DNA from: Eledone cirrhosa
Lineage: Eukaryota
Reading direction: 5' to 3'
Length of the DNA: 64,000 nucleotides
Assembly: GCA_964016885.1 (NCBI GenBank)
Contig: OZ024742.1
Coordinates: 228,160,001-228,224,000, forward strand
Positions 30,507 through 44,619 of the stretch are shown here, one piece after another. The notes below the pieces were generated by a model. It was given only the letters and a program-made list of their open reading frames with translations. It made no database searches and was not told the origin of the DNA. The stretch's first letter is position 1; the number at the start of each line of letters is the position of its first letter. A program made the position numbers and the translations under genes.

Positions 30507-31372
30507 TATATATATAAAACTGAGGATGTCTGTCTGTGTGAGTGTGTGTGAGTTTAAATCCCTAAAACTCAAGAAGCACCCAACCGACTGTTTTCAAACT
30601 TTACACATGTAATACTTATATTTCAGGGAGTGTTCTGAGCAAAAAAAATGTCTAATTTTCAATGCCCTAGGGACCGCATTAGGCGATTTAGCGATCTCTC
30701 TCTATAATTCTTAGTCTTTCTCTTTTAGATAGGTACATACATATAACGTTGTGCCCTTATAATAGCTGTCTGTCTGTGTGTGTGTGTGTCTGTGAGTTTG
30801 AATCCCTAAAACTCGAGAAATACCAAACCGACTTTTTTCAAACTTTACATGTGTATTACTTATGTTTCAGTATTACTTATGTTTCAAAAATTCAACTTTT
30901 TGATCCCCTAGGGCCCAAATTAGGTGAAAAACTGCGTTTTTTCAGGTTTTGGGGGGTTTTTTGAGGCGTTACGTGAGACCGATTTCCTTGAAATTGTAAC
31001 TATGTATTAGTCAGTCCCTTCTTCATATCGTGAGCAAAGAAAATCTAACCTTTTTATGGCCTAGGTGAAAAACTTCATTTTTTTTCAGCCTTTTAGAGCT
31101 TTTTTGAGGCATTACGTCTAGCCGAAATTGCAAGGCATATTATGCACATAAAGAAAAATCATTTTATTGATCCCCTAGGGCCCGCATTAGGTGAAAACCT
31201 GCATTTTCCCTGCTTCACCGAGGAAAATCTTAAAGATTATCCAGCCATCAGAGTATTCGGTTTATTTTCTTTACATATTGTCCAGGCATGCAGTTTTTCC
31301 ACGATTAGGTCTGTTGGCAGCCCGCGTTCCAAAATAACTTATCCCGTGCAACGCCGGGTTCCACTGCTACTA
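30506..31372 (+). mobile_element. Non-autonomous Helitron-like element
   Basis: 5' TCTATATATATAAAA...gtctgtctgt; 3' hairpin cccgtgcaacgccggg followed by ctac; 5' part repeated at 43706-43980. Confidence 0.6.
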
Positions 31373-31641
31373 TTATTTATACAATTGTGAATAAAAGTTT
31401 GTGTTGTCATAAACAAAAAGAAAGAAGTGTAAACATTCTTCGTTTATATACATATTTGGATTTTCCGAGGTTGACTTTGCCTTTCATCCTTACGGGGTCG
31501 ATAAAATAAAGTACCAGTAATGCACTGGTTATTTGCTGGCCTTGTGCCTAAAGTAGAAACAATTATTTTATGTTTTTATGTATAAATATCAACACGTGTC
31601 TACTTGTTTAATATCTTGTTTTGCCTAATTTCTTTTTTAAC

Positions 31642-32287
31642 CTAATAAATGAATTTATTCAAAAGCAAAAAACAAACCTTATTTAGTAAGAAAAAATGAA
31701 AAGGGGAAAGAAAAGGAAAGAAAGAATAGGGAAATATAGAAGAAAAAAAGAGAGGAAAGAAGAAAAAGAATGGGAAAGGGAGGGGATGGCAAGAGCTCTG
31801 GTGTCGCAGAAGAGAGGGGGGGGGGGGTGATTGGGCTTTGGGCCTAGGGCAAGTGGGCAGGAAGTGCTGTGCCCCGCGGACAAGACGGCAAAAGCATTCC
31901 CACGGACGCTGGCCAGTGGCACCCGCTGCAACAGCCACCCAGCCTCGCGGGGCTCCCTCCTCAGACGGGCCGCCGACGCTCCGATCTTGCGGAGAAGCTC
32001 GGCAGTACGGGGTCCAAGTACGCCTGAGGTCTCGACGGCGGCCGGACAAACGCCGGGGTTTGTGGTCGAAGCGACGAAGTTGGAGGCGGAGAACGTGTCG
32101 CAGCAGGTGGCGTCCCAGATGAGGGATCTACCTCCTTCGAATAGGAAGAGGGAGATCCCGCCAAGGCGCTTGCCATCTCCGGGGTCTAGGCCTGCTGGCT
32201 CCAGTTGAGATGGAAAGCCAGCTGCGTCCAGGCTTCTCAATATGTCATTGAGAGTGGCGTGTCGGGGAAACCGGCCTGCGCTCACGA
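31642..32287 (-). mobile_element. CRE-like retrotransposon 3' fragment (RLE)
   Basis: GRFPRHATLNDI, LEPAGLDPGDGKR, LIWDATCCDT, AVETSGVLGP, WLLQRV.LA.VRGNA. Confidence 0.85.
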
Positions 32288-32289
32288 CA

Positions 32290-32870
32290 TTCAGGAATAT
32301 GTGGGCGAAGAAGAAGGAGCAACTTGCGAAACGTCGAGTAGCAACAGAGATTAATCTCAGTAAAACAAGCAAATAGATAGGATAGAGTGTCAAAAACAGA
32401 TAGATATAGTTATTTTACACACACGTACATACAATGATGTTATATCAACACACAACACTGAGATTTCGTAAATACGCATGATCAACCGGATGTTGACTTC
32501 ATTCTCCGCCTGTCGTTTATAAAGAATATTTCAATATTATTTTTATCCATCTGTACAATAAATCTGTTTAATATGTAACATAAGTAGTCATATTTATCTA
32601 ATATATATAGGGAGAATGAAAGACTGTAGGACAGAGAGAATACTCGTAATTATTCTCCATTCAACAAAATGTCCAACCGCCAGTACTGATTCTCCAAAAA
32701 TAGCTGTATAAATATACAAGGTATTTTATCTTAAAGTTCTTTTCTTTATTCATTCGTAGGATGGAGCAAATTATTTTTATCACGAAGATATATATACTAT
32801 ATTATACAACACAAAGACAAAAACAAACTTTCATTCATTATTCACATTTCTTCACTCTCTTGCCATATCC
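32290..32870 (+). repeat. Segmentally duplicated upstream block of ZNF paralog B (paralogous to 54625-54686 plus 56374-56905)
   Basis: Collinear near-identity, e.g. gagtagcaacagagattaatctcagtaaaaca and catgatcaaccggatgttgacttcatt. Confidence 0.85.
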
Positions 32871-33451
32871 TATAGAGTTATGGCCCTTTACATTCTGAGT
32901 TCAAATCCCGCTTTGCCTTACATCCTTACGTGGTCGATAAAATAAAATCGATTTAATCGACTTTCCTCTCCCCCATATTGTTGGCCTTGTACCTAAATCA
33001 GAAAACATTATATTATAGTCAGCTAATAGTTTTGTGATTATAAATGTTATTTCAAGAAAAGATATATATATATATCATCATCATCACCATTTTACGTCCG
33101 TTCTTCCATGCTAGCATGTGTTAGACGGGTTGTTCTGTTGTGGGCAGTGTCTTGTCTTGCTCATACGGGAACTGATTCTGGCTTGATTTCTACAGCTGGA
33201 TGCCCTTCCTAACACCAACCTCATTTACAGTGAATGGGTGCTTTTTTTCCGTTGCACCTCCACGACCATTTTGCAGTGGAATGATAGGGACCCCAGTCCT
33301 ATCATCTCATTTCTACAGCTGAGTAAACTAGAGCAATGTGAAATAAAGTGTCTTGCTCAAGGAAACAACACATCACCCGGTCCGAGTTTTGAACTACTCA
33401 CAACCTTTCGATTGCAAGCCCAATGCTCTAACCACTAAGCCATGCGCCTTC

Positions 33452-34020
<569 letters not shown>

Positions 34021-34985
34021 TAGGAGGTGAGTTTTATTGTAGTACAATAAAGCAATGCAGATATCGGATAAGATATAATTTTTTAATACACATTAACTCT
34101 TTCTTTGCACATATTATCAATTCCTTCAATATACAAACCTTAACTTCACATTATTTTTCTCAAATCCTTCAACACACAAACCTTAATAATTTTTTTCTCT
34201 TCGTTAATTTTGAAATTGCCATAATACTTATAAACATACACCTTTTTTTTTGACGTTAGAATATTCATCCGCAATTATTATTTTTTCTCTCTATCTTCAA
34301 ACTTTTTAATCTCAATACATATCAACTCCCTCTCTTTCCTCGTACATATTTTTCCCTTCGTTAATTTTCAAATTCTTTTAATTTATACATTATCTTCCAA
34401 CGGTTTTCAACCTCTCTATGTAAAACAATATATCTTTTCTCAGTTATAAAAACTATCTCTTTCTCTCTATCACCCATCTCTCCCTCTCCACCTTCACTCT
34501 CATCTCCTCCCCTTTTTTCATCCTTTCCACCCCCCCCTCTCTAAATAAAATATCTTTTCCTCGTACATATTTTTCCCTTCGTTAATTTTCAAATTCTTTT
34601 AATTTATACATTATCTTCCAACGGTTTTCAACCTCTCTATGTAAAACAATATATCTTCTCTCAGTTATAAAAACTATCTCTTTCTCTCTATCACCCATCT
34701 CTCCCTCTCCACCTTCACTCTCATCTCCTCCCCCTTTTTCATCCTTTCCACCCCCCCCCCCCTCTCTAAATAAAATATTTTTCCCAATATCACACATCAA
34801 TCTAAAACTACTTTTCATATGTTGATTTAAAACTGCACTATCCACAAGTGTTTTTTAGCCTTCATATCATGTCCTCCTGTTTTATCTGATGAAAACACAA
34901 ATATTATTGCATGATGATGTTTGTTTTTGAAATGCGCATAATAAAATACATGGAACTCCTTTAACCATCTTTTGATCTTATATAT
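34021..34985 (+). mobile_element. PLE 3' UTR/terminal repeat with a ~220-bp internal tandem duplication
   Basis: Possible ORF end (KQCRYRIRY); 34337-34556 duplicated at 34557-34780; canonical hammerhead near the end; TA tracts on both sides. Confidence 0.6.
34880..34946 (+). ncRNA. Minimal type I hammerhead ribozyme (canonical core)
   Basis: ttttat-CTGATGA-[acaaatat...atgtttgt stem II]-GAAA-t-gcgc-a-TA-ataaaa. Confidence 0.8.
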
Positions 34986-35124
34986 TATATGTAAATATAT
35001 ATATACATATATATATATGTAAATATATATATACATATATATATATGTAAATATATACATATATATATGTAAATATATATATATATATATATATGTAAAT
35101 ATATATATATGTATATATATATAT

Positions 35125-35320
35125 ATAGGAAAAAGTATGACCCCGACGGCAGAGCTCAAGCCGTTTCGACGGCTATTTCAGTCCAGAAATAGCCGTCGAA
35201 ACGGCTTGAGCTCTGCCGTCGGGGTCATACTTTTTCCTATTTCCCACTCTACTACCCTAAGTATTGAGTACTCTGGTGCGTTATGGTCCATCTGGTTCCT
35301 TACCACAATTTCTTTGTTTG
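35125..35320. mobile_element. Fold-back PLE terminal fragment (55-bp perfect inverted repeat)
   Basis: 35125-35179 is the reverse complement of 35186-35240; 35180-35320 matches 24346-24483. Confidence 0.85.
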
Positions 35321-37139
35321 TATATATATAATCGTTTAACACTGATTTCCATGTATACATGAGTTATACTGGTTGTCAAGTTATGAACCAAGTCAGGCCA
35401 GGATACTGCGTCTTGTTGATACGGATCTGTATTTTCACTTTTTATCCACAACTGGATGCCCTTCCTAATACCAAGCACATGACAGTGTGAACTGCATGCT
35501 TTCTATCGTGGTACCAAAACGACCATCTAACAGGGTGAACTGGGTGGTTTTTGTTGTGTCAACAGCATGACCACATTACAAGGTGTACTGAATGCTTTTT
35601 TTTCTCCTCATATCACCAGCACAACTTCTATGCAGGGTGGACATGGGTCTCCTGTCATGTCAGCAACACAACCATCTTATAGAGTGCATTTGGAGCTGCC
35701 TCTTTTCATGTTACCAGGATGTCCAGCTTACAATATGGTCTGGGTGCTTTTGTTATGGTATCCGATCACCATACTGGGTGAACAAAGTGCTTTTTGTCAT
35801 GGTAGCAGCATTGTGGGAGGTGGGGAAAGCAAGTTTGGAACATGTCCAGCTTTCCTTGCTTGTGTGCATGGGTGGAGCATTGAATGTGGCAAGGGAATAT
35901 GCAATGGGGTATTTAGTTGGGTAGGGCAAGGGTATCAAGACTAGGAAGAACAAATGGAGGATGGGGATGCTTGTTGCAGGTTAGTGTCCTCTACATGTTT
36001 CATCCTGTGCATATGGGAATGTGGGTCTTCGGCAGTCAAGGTCCATGGATAGCCTGTCATAAATTCCTGTTATGACCTTGAGAGCTATAATAAGCAGGAG
36101 TGCTCTGAGGTCTGAGTGACCAATGAACACCTACCTGCACATTGTATTCTTCATCAAACTCACTACCTACTCTCACCTTCGTGACAACTCCTCTGTATAT
36201 GTTCTTAGAAGCCATTCTGATCCAAATGACATCATGGTATTCTGACAAAGCCTTCTCTAGATCAACAAATGTTAGATAGAGTGGCTTACACTAGCTATAC
36301 TACAACGCCAGTCATTGGATATGATGCCATCATGTACTATTTGATTGAACTAGAGTTATTAGTTTGACTCTTACTTTCCCAGAAGATTTCAGTATGTCTG
36401 CGACATTTTCTGACAAACTGACAGCTTTGCCATTTTTCATCTTGATAGTTTCTTTGACCTTATAACTGTCAAATTTGATTGTCAAACAACATGTATTTTG
36501 TCTCCTCCTCCACCGTCTTCACTCTCATCCCTACCAGCCCAGTCTGGACAAGGATACAGAACATACACTCTAGTATTGATAAATGATATTGCTGGTTCCA
36601 TAATAAAAATGCACCTAATCCGTCCTGTAGTGTGCTAGTGCTGGTACCACAATTAGAAGTTTACAGCCCTCTCCGTTAGACGGTAGTGACAGTGCCATGA
36701 TGGAACACACCCAGTACACATCATGGAATGTTTGGTCTTTCGAAGGGCATTCAGCTATGGAGTGCATACCATAATGAAATGTTTGAGCAAGACAGTCAAC
36801 TAATCTGTCATGTCTCAGAAGGTGACAACCCATTTAACCATGGAAGAATACCTGATGATGATATATATAAATACATATATTCACACACCTACATACACAT
36901 GACATGTCACTTGCTTTTCCACAGTGCTGCTACCATGACATAAAGCACTGTGTTTTAATCTGTAAGATGATTGTGTTGGTGCCACGAACAAAATCTCCAA
37001 GTACACACTGAAATGGGTTGGCATTGGAAAGGACATCCAACTGTAGAAAACTGAGCCAAAGATGGATCATACGGATGTCACCTGACCTGTCTAGTCACAT
37101 CTCTTTTAGTAAAGATATACCTATATTTTACCATATATA

Positions 37140-37258
37140 TAATTGTTTCTATTTTAGGCACAAGGCCAGCAAATACCTAGTACATTACTGGTACTTTATT
37201 TTATCGACCCCGTAAGGATGAAAGGCAAAGTTAATCTCGGCGGGATTTGAACTCAGAT
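37140..37258 (-). mobile_element. OR-like SINE fragment
   Basis: Reverse complement of the 21920-22090 SINE body. Confidence 0.7.
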
Positions 37259-37665
37259 CATATTTTACCATATATATCATGTTACATAATTTGAATGTGT
37301 AGCTGTAATGAGCATATGTTTAATGTTAAATAACTTAAAGGTGTAGCAATTGTCTATAAATATGTGAACTTCACAATTTTATTTACAAATCAAGAAGTAA
37401 ACTTCAATTGGTCTTGTAAATGTTTATATCTAGAGTTTATCAATATGGAAATGTAGTAAAATTTCCAGTGTTATATCTCTACATTTTAGGTATCCTCTAT
37501 ATCTTATACAGTTTCTTTATTCTTTCAGAATATCAGATGACATTGGTATTAAAGAAATCTTTACATCAGATACATCACCAATATTTATCATCTTTTAAAT
37601 ACTAAAAGAAGACATTATACAGAATGTACAGAACAGATATAAAAATAGAGTGAAAACGATATATT

Positions 37666-39174
37666 ATGGAAAATGAATTATGGGAGGAACAGCTGAAGAT
37701 TAAGACAGAGACTGAAAATAATGGTTCTCTTGATGAGGTACTGAATGAGATAGGAAAAACCTCATACCATTATGATATCTGTGGTAAACCATTCTCCACA
37801 AACTGTCAACTAATTTTACACAGATATATTCATACACAACAAAAGCCATATCATTGTGATATCTGTGGTAAATCATTCTCTACAAATAGTGTTTTAACTG
37901 TACACAAATGTATTCATACAGGTGAAAAACCATATTACTGTGACATCTGTGGTAAATCATTCTCTAACAGAAGTTACTTAACTGTACACAAACGTATTCA
38001 TACAGGAGAAAAGCCATATCATTGTGATATTTGTGGTAAATCATTCTCTACACATACACAATTAACTACACACAAACGTGTTCATACAGGAGAGAAGCCA
38101 TATAACTGTGATATCTGTGGCAAATCATTCTCCTCAGGGGCTTCTTTGTGCAAGCATAAACGTATTCATACAGGAGAGAAGCCATATCATTGCAATATCT
38201 GTGGTAAATCTTTCTCTGGAAGGGGTGAATTAAATACACACAAGCATATTCATACAGGAGAGAAGCCATATCACTGTGATATCTGTGGTAAATCATTCTC
38301 TCGGGGAAGTAACTTAAATAAACACAAGTATGTTCATACTGGAGAGAAACACTTTCACTGTGATATCTGTGGTAAATCATTCTCTACTAGTAGTATTTTA
38401 ACGGGACATAAACGTCTTCATGCAGGAGAGAAGCCATATCACTGTGACATCTGTGGTAAATCATTCTCTAGCAGAACTCACAATTGCATTCATAAACGAG
38501 AGAAGCCATATAACTGTGACATATGTGGAAAATCATACACTAGCGGATGTAACTTAAAGATACACAAACGTACTCATACAGGAGAAAAGCCATATCACTG
38601 TGACATCTGTGGTAAATCAGTCACTCAGAGTGGAACATTAACTCTACACAAACGTACTCATACAGGAGAGAAGCCATATCCCTGTGATATCTGTGGTAAA
38701 TCTTTCTCTCGAAATGGTGACTTATCTAAACACAAACGTGTTCATACAGGAGAAAAGTTGAACCTTTGTGATATTTGTGGTAAATCATTCTCTCATACAA
38801 ATGCATTAACTAGACATAAACACATTCACACAGGAGAGAAGCCATATCACTGTGATATCTGTGGTAAATCATTCTCTAATAAAACTCATTTAACAAATCA
38901 CATCCGCATTCATACAGGAGAGAGACCAAATCTTTGTGGCATTTGTGGTAAATCTTTCTCTCAAAGTTGTGACTTGATTCGTCACAAACGCACTCATACA
39001 GGAGAGAGGCCATACCACTGTGACATTTGTGATAAATCATTCTCTAGCAGTGCTCACAATCGTATTCATACAGGAGAAAAACCGTATCACTGTGATATAT
39101 GTGATAAATCATATCCTAAAAGTCGATCTTTAACTATACACAAAAAGCGCATTCATACTGCAAAAGACCTTTGA
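37666..39174 (+). CDS. C2H2 zinc-finger protein paralog B (502 aa, ~17 finger units)
   Basis: Intact [18 protein letters not shown] followed by tandem CxxC...HxxxH with TGEKPY linkers; acceptor tctttcag at 37528 conserved in paralogs. Confidence 0.9.
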   Translation: MENELWEEQLKIKTETENNGSLDEVLNEIGKTSYHYDICGKPFSTNCQLILHRYIHTQQKPYHCDICGKSFSTNSVLTVHKCIHTGEKPYYCDICGKSFSNRSYLTVHKRIHTGEKPYHCDICGKSFSTHTQLTTHKRVHTGEKPYNCDICGKSFSSGASLCKHKRIHTGEKPYHCNICGKSFSGRGELNTHKHIHTGEKPYHCDICGKSFSRGSNLNKHKYVHTGEKHFHCDICGKSFSTSSILTGHKRLHAGEKPYHCDICGKSFSSRTHNCIHKREKPYNCDICGKSYTSGCNLKIHKRTHTGEKPYHCDICGKSVTQSGTLTLHKRTHTGEKPYPCDICGKSFSRNGDLSKHKRVHTGEKLNLCDICGKSFSHTNALTRHKHIHTGEKPYHCDICGKSFSNKTHLTNHIRIHTGERPNLCGICGKSFSQSCDLIRHKRTHTGERPYHCDICDKSFSSSAHNRIHTGEKPYHCDICDKSYPKSRSLTIHKKRIHTAKDL

Positions 39175-40399
39175 AATGGAGAAACGCCATATCAATGTGT
39201 TATCTGGTAAATCACTCTCTGAAAAATGTCTGTTAACTACACATGTATATACTAATACATAAATGTAATTATATCAATGTGAAACCTCATTCGATAAAGA
39301 ATATCTCATATACCTATAAAAGTATTCAGACGGCAAAGAAGATATCACAATGTGTTACAAGAACCTCACACTTCTATTTTTCATAGCACAATTATATTCT
39401 CATTGGTCAGATAATGTATTATTGTGATATTTTAAATAAAATTATTCTTTTAGAATACATCTTTGTTTTTCATCTAACATATTTCTAGAAGCATAGATGA
39501 GTTGTGAGAAAATAATATAAGAGGAACCATAGGTTGCATGTAAGAAGATTGCACTTGTATGAACACTTGTGTACAGATGATTATCATTAGGATCTGAGTT
39601 TAAAGAAGCTGCTGTTGTGGTAGATGAAGGAAGATCTGGGTAGATGTAGTGAGAGCAGATCTCAAAACACTGAACCTCAGAGTAGAGGATGAAGGAGTTC
39701 AACAAATGGAAGGAGGCTATACTGAGAAAATCTCATCTAACCCATGTAAGCATGGAAAAGCTGATATAAAATGATGGTTATGTTTGACATTATGAGTAAA
39801 GAGATAACATTAGTGTACCGTTTTTGTGTTAGAAATAAATACCAAATCATAAATGAAAATATTTATTATGCCATATTTAGATTCTCTCTAAATTGATAAA
39901 TCTTATACATCATCATTTTCCATACTTGTATGGTTTAGACAGGTTGTCATATTATGTGACATGTCAGATTAGGTAACCATGTCTTGTTAGTACTGATCTG
40001 CTTTTGACTTGGTTTCTACGATTGGGTGGCCTTCCTAACACCAATGACATTACAGTGCACACAGTGCTTTTAACGTGGCACCAAAGCGACCATTACATTA
40101 GGTGGATGAGGTGCTTTGTTTTGTCACGCCACAACCACCTTACAGGGTGGACTAGTTGCTTTTGTGAGAGCTGCTTTATCACCATGCATGTCAGACTGTT
40201 TTTTTCATAGCAGCAGTACTTTGAGATAGCAGGTGTGGAGCATGCCCAGCTTTCAATGATTGTATATATACATTGGTTAGGGGAGGTGTATCAGAAATGA
40301 GGACTGGTGGCAAGTAAACAAGTTTGACATGGACATAGTGGTTGTGGGAGATCTAAGGTGGGTTATTTTGTTGGTTGGGGAGGGTAAAGATTAGTACAG

Positions 40400-42620
40400 A
40401 CTAGTGTCCACTACATGTTTATTTCATCCTGTGCTCACGAGAAGGCGGGTCCTCTGAAGTACAGCATATTGCCAGAGCCCTCAGTCCTATGACATTTGTT
40501 TTGAATGGCTTAATTGTGCAGGTCAGCCTCTATCACTTCATCCCATTCTATAGTTTCCTTCAAATTCAAGCACCCTGCACCTTTTTATACAGCTGTTATC
40601 CTCCGTATGCATCATATCTCCATATCACTAAAATTTCCACTCATGCACACTGCATCTGACCCTTCTTGTGCTTAGTTTCCCTCTCAGTTCATTGACACTT
40701 TTCTTTTTACTTATATTATTATAATACATCCATTAAATTATGCAAGCTTCATTTCTTTCCAATCTTAATAGGTTATTTGCATCCACATAGCTTTGCTGTT
40801 CATACACAAGCCTCATACAATCTGCATTTTGTTTTGAGGCAAAAGCATCTTGTAGATAGCAGCAGTAATAGATTCCTGAACTTTTTCCATCCCGTTCTCA
40901 CTTTGGCTATTGTAATAAACAGGTAAGGGCTAAGAACTGAGCCATGTTTGACCTCCACTTGCACACAAACTTCCTCAATATACTCATTGTTAATTCTAAC
41001 CTTGCTGACTCCTCTTCTGCACATAGCTTGTACCACCTTCACAAGCCACTCATCTACCCTTAATTTCCTAAGTGTGAAATGCCAAGTAGAGGGCTTATTT
41101 TTAACTAGGTACTTTTGCAGTTACCTCATAAGGAAGAGGGCATCATTGGTACTTTTATCCAGCATCTCATCTAGATTAATTTGGTTCCTAATCAGCTATA
41201 CAATTACTCTTTCTGTAACTATCATGACCTGGTCCATGAATGTGATGCCTCTATAGATTCCTCTGTCTAGTGCATCTCCTTTAGCCTTGTAGCAATGAAC
41301 GATGGATACACTAGCCATTGGGTATAACATTCTGTATTACTTGGTTTATGATATGGGTGGTTAAGATGTGACCCAGTGTGTCCCATCAACTATCCCCAGC
41401 AATTCAGCTGCTTTGCCTCTCTTCATATCCTTAATTACTGTCCCAGTGCATTGGTCATATGCACCAGGGTCTATTTTGGCATACCAGTATCCTAAGATGA
41501 TGAGAATGTCTCTTTTAGGTCAGTTTCTCTAGGTTCTCTTAAACCTTTTCGATGGCATCATCATCATAATCAAGAGTTGGCACATACATATTTATGATAG
41601 TAATGTTCTATGGTCTTTCAGTCACATACATGGTGATGAGCCTGTTGGATACTGTTGTACAGCTGTTGATTGAGTTCACTATGGTTTTGTTAATGATGAA
41701 GCCCACTCCATGTTCATGCTTAGATTCATCACTTCTGTACCATGGTTTGTGGCCTTCATATGTAGTTGTCTCACCAAATCTAGTATACCTGACTTCAGCC
41801 AGTTCTAGAATATCCCATTTGTATCTGGCAAGTGCGTGTGTAATACTCACCCAACATCTCACCAACTATACCCAATAGTTCAGCTACTTTGCTTGTCTTT
41901 ATATCCTTAATTGCCTTCCTTAATACGCTTCTGCTAACTTGCATGGCTGGTCTCACTGTTAGGTCCATTCGAGGCAGACTATCTTCCTCCCATGCATTCT
42001 CCTCATTCTCATAATGGTACTTCCTTGCTAATTTGTTTTCTGTATCGATAAGGGCAAGAGTGCCATTATCATCTCAGACACATTTCTGTCCAACATGATT
42101 TTCCCTGACACAATGCCTTGCATAACATGCATGATTTTTTAATTTTCTGCTTCCCTCCTTTCAAAGTGTACATGTTGCATAGTTTTGGGTAATGTTCTCT
42201 GCTTCTCCCTTTCTGCCAGTCTTTCCATACCTGTTTCTTTGTCTTAATTGTCTAATACATCCTACTATTGCACTACAAAGTCACCCTTCTCTCTAGTTCC
42301 GTTTCAGCCCCAGGTCTCATCTGCGGCCTTCAACAGATTATCTCTCAAGAACTCCCAGTGTTCCTCTATATTGAAAGTCTGTATTTCTTCTTCCTTACTG
42401 TCAAAAGCATCCAATGATATATATCAAAATTTGTTACTGGCAAAGGGACCCCACAATTTTCATGTCCTCATCCATGTTATCTCTGAATTTGTCTATCCCT
42501 AATGTTAAAGTCTCAAACTAATAGGTTATGTTAGAGGATTCATTCCTTCCCAGCAAGAGACTCTGTTTACCACCATCACTCCACACCATCTCATCTTCCT
42601 TGTGCCAAACCCAAATCCTC
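40400..42620 (-). mobile_element. Heavily decayed RTE LINE(s), including APE-endonuclease fragment
   Basis: Minus-strand pieces WDILELAEVR...HEHGVGFII, KGDALDRGIYRGI, HGSVLSPYLF, WKKFRNLL.LL. Confidence 0.7.
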
Positions 42621-43705
42621 ACTGGACCCCATAAAAGCCATCACAATGTTCCTATTTTAGTTGTCTGCAATGATTATGAGTTCAGTATAACCCATTAGAG
42701 AAATTGTCTGCATTAAGGATTTGTAAAAGTCATCTATCATCTCTACAATCTCACCTGATCTTCCTCTCATCATGTCTACATTGATGATCACTGCTCTTAA
42801 TTCTCTGAGTTTACTCGAAGATTGTGATGGATAAATTGCGTAGACGGAATTGGTGCTTGCTCTCCATGCCTGGAATAAAGAGCAATCGGAGACATGAGAT
42901 GGGTTCATATGAAAAATAATTCTTCCATCATTGTAGTCTACTTGCCACACAATCCACCAAGCTGACAATGATTGTACTGGGGGATAGCCCAAAAAGGTCC
43001 TGAAGCCAAATGTGAGGGTTAGGTGAGAACCAATGTACCTCTCCATTCCTAAGAATTCTACTGATGGACACAAAAATATTTTCTCTACCTGAACATCCCC
43101 TATAAATATTAGCTTGGTAATAGTGCCAGCTACTTTGCTTTATCACGTAAAGGGGTGTCATTATTTTAACATTTATTTGTTGGTGTTTGTTTTTTAACAG
43201 TACAAAATATAAATTACTTTACTCTATTTTCAAAGCAGCAGTATATAACACTATGTCCTGTAGGGAAATAATGAAATAATGTTTTTTTTTTTTTAATCGT
43301 TTCTATTTCTCTGAAAAAATGTGTATTTAAATCCTTGTAAACCCTACATGCTAATTTTAAAATAACGTTTCTCTGTATGTACTTTACTTCATGTTCAAAG
43401 CAACAGTATATGGTACTATGCTTTGTAGTGAAATAACATTTCTTTGAATCATTTCTATATCTTTGAAATAATGTCTTCAAAACCTGAAAAATGGTATATC
43501 TAATATTGAAAAAACTTTTACTACAAAAGTAATTTAACTTTTATCCTTCTGTTTTTATTTATAATAAATTAGCCAAACATACTTGAAAACTACAAAACAG
43601 CTCTCTAACTGTATCACATTAACAATTAGTCTTTTGATTATTTCAAATTTTCACAATATTCAATGATACTATAAACATTTGCATTAACAAACTCATTTTT
43701 ACATA

Positions 43706-43980
43706 TCTATATATCTAAAACAGAGAATGTCTGTCTGTCTGTCAGCTCCCTAAAACTCGAGAACCACCCAACCGATTGTTTTCAAACTTTACACATGTAA
43801 TATTTATAGTCCTGTGAGCGTTTTAAGAAAAAAATATTTAAAATTTTCAATGCCCTAGGGACCGCATTAGGCGATTTAGCGATCTCTCTCTATAATTCTT
43901 AGTCTTTCTTTTTATATAGATACATAGATATAATGTTGAGCCCTTATAATATCTGTCTGTATGTCTGGCTGTCTGCATTT
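43706..43980 (+). mobile_element. Helitron-like 5' fragment
   Basis: Near copy of 30506-30780. Confidence 0.6.
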
Positions 43981-44082
43981 CGATATTATAATGCTGTGTG
44001 TGTGTGTGTGTGTATGTATATATAGTGTGTGTATATATATATATAGTGTGTAACGTTTTTCGAAATATTTACTTCTGCATTC

Positions 44083-44158
44083 ACAGATTGATTTTTTTAG
44101 TTTCAGAAGATCCCGTTAAGGGTGAAAGCAGCGATTCTTTGCTTAAGCTTTAATCTGT
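44083..44158 (+). ncRNA. Hammerhead-like motif (CAGAAGA variant), third copy, in a PLE terminal fragment
   Basis: Matches 17364-17439 with G-U-compatible changes; 44250-44304 is an inverted copy of 17452-17505. Confidence 0.55.
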
Positions 44159-44619
44159 TATTTTAATATATATATATATATAATTATATATTCGTGTACA
44201 GATATTTTTGCATACACAATAACAAAATATAAACAAACGTATTTATTTCACGAGGCTCGATAAGAATAAATATATATCAAATATATAAGAACCCTAGAGC
44301 AAATCCCGAACAACTAAATCATTGCAGGATGTTAAAAGTTAAATGACATTAGCTCACTATGAAATCGCTTTACTCATATTGATCTGATATGTGCTCACTT
44401 TGAAATCCTTATTCTCACTTAGAAGTGATATGTGCACACTTAAAATTACAAATACCTTAGTTTACAATTCTATGTCTCCTGATTAAATCAAGAAAATTAT
44501 TATTATTAAAGAAAATTAAATACAAAAAAAATTGGTAAAAAATACAATATAGGGTAGCATAGTCTGATACATTTTAACCCTTAGACAAAACTGTCCCTGG
44601 TTTTACGATACTAAGCTGT

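Noticed and set aside
37420-37536. ORF extension MFISRVYQY... upstream of ZNFs (also 25866-25982)
   Set aside because: Crosses a conserved polypyrimidine/AG acceptor and is broken in paralog C, so it is intronic
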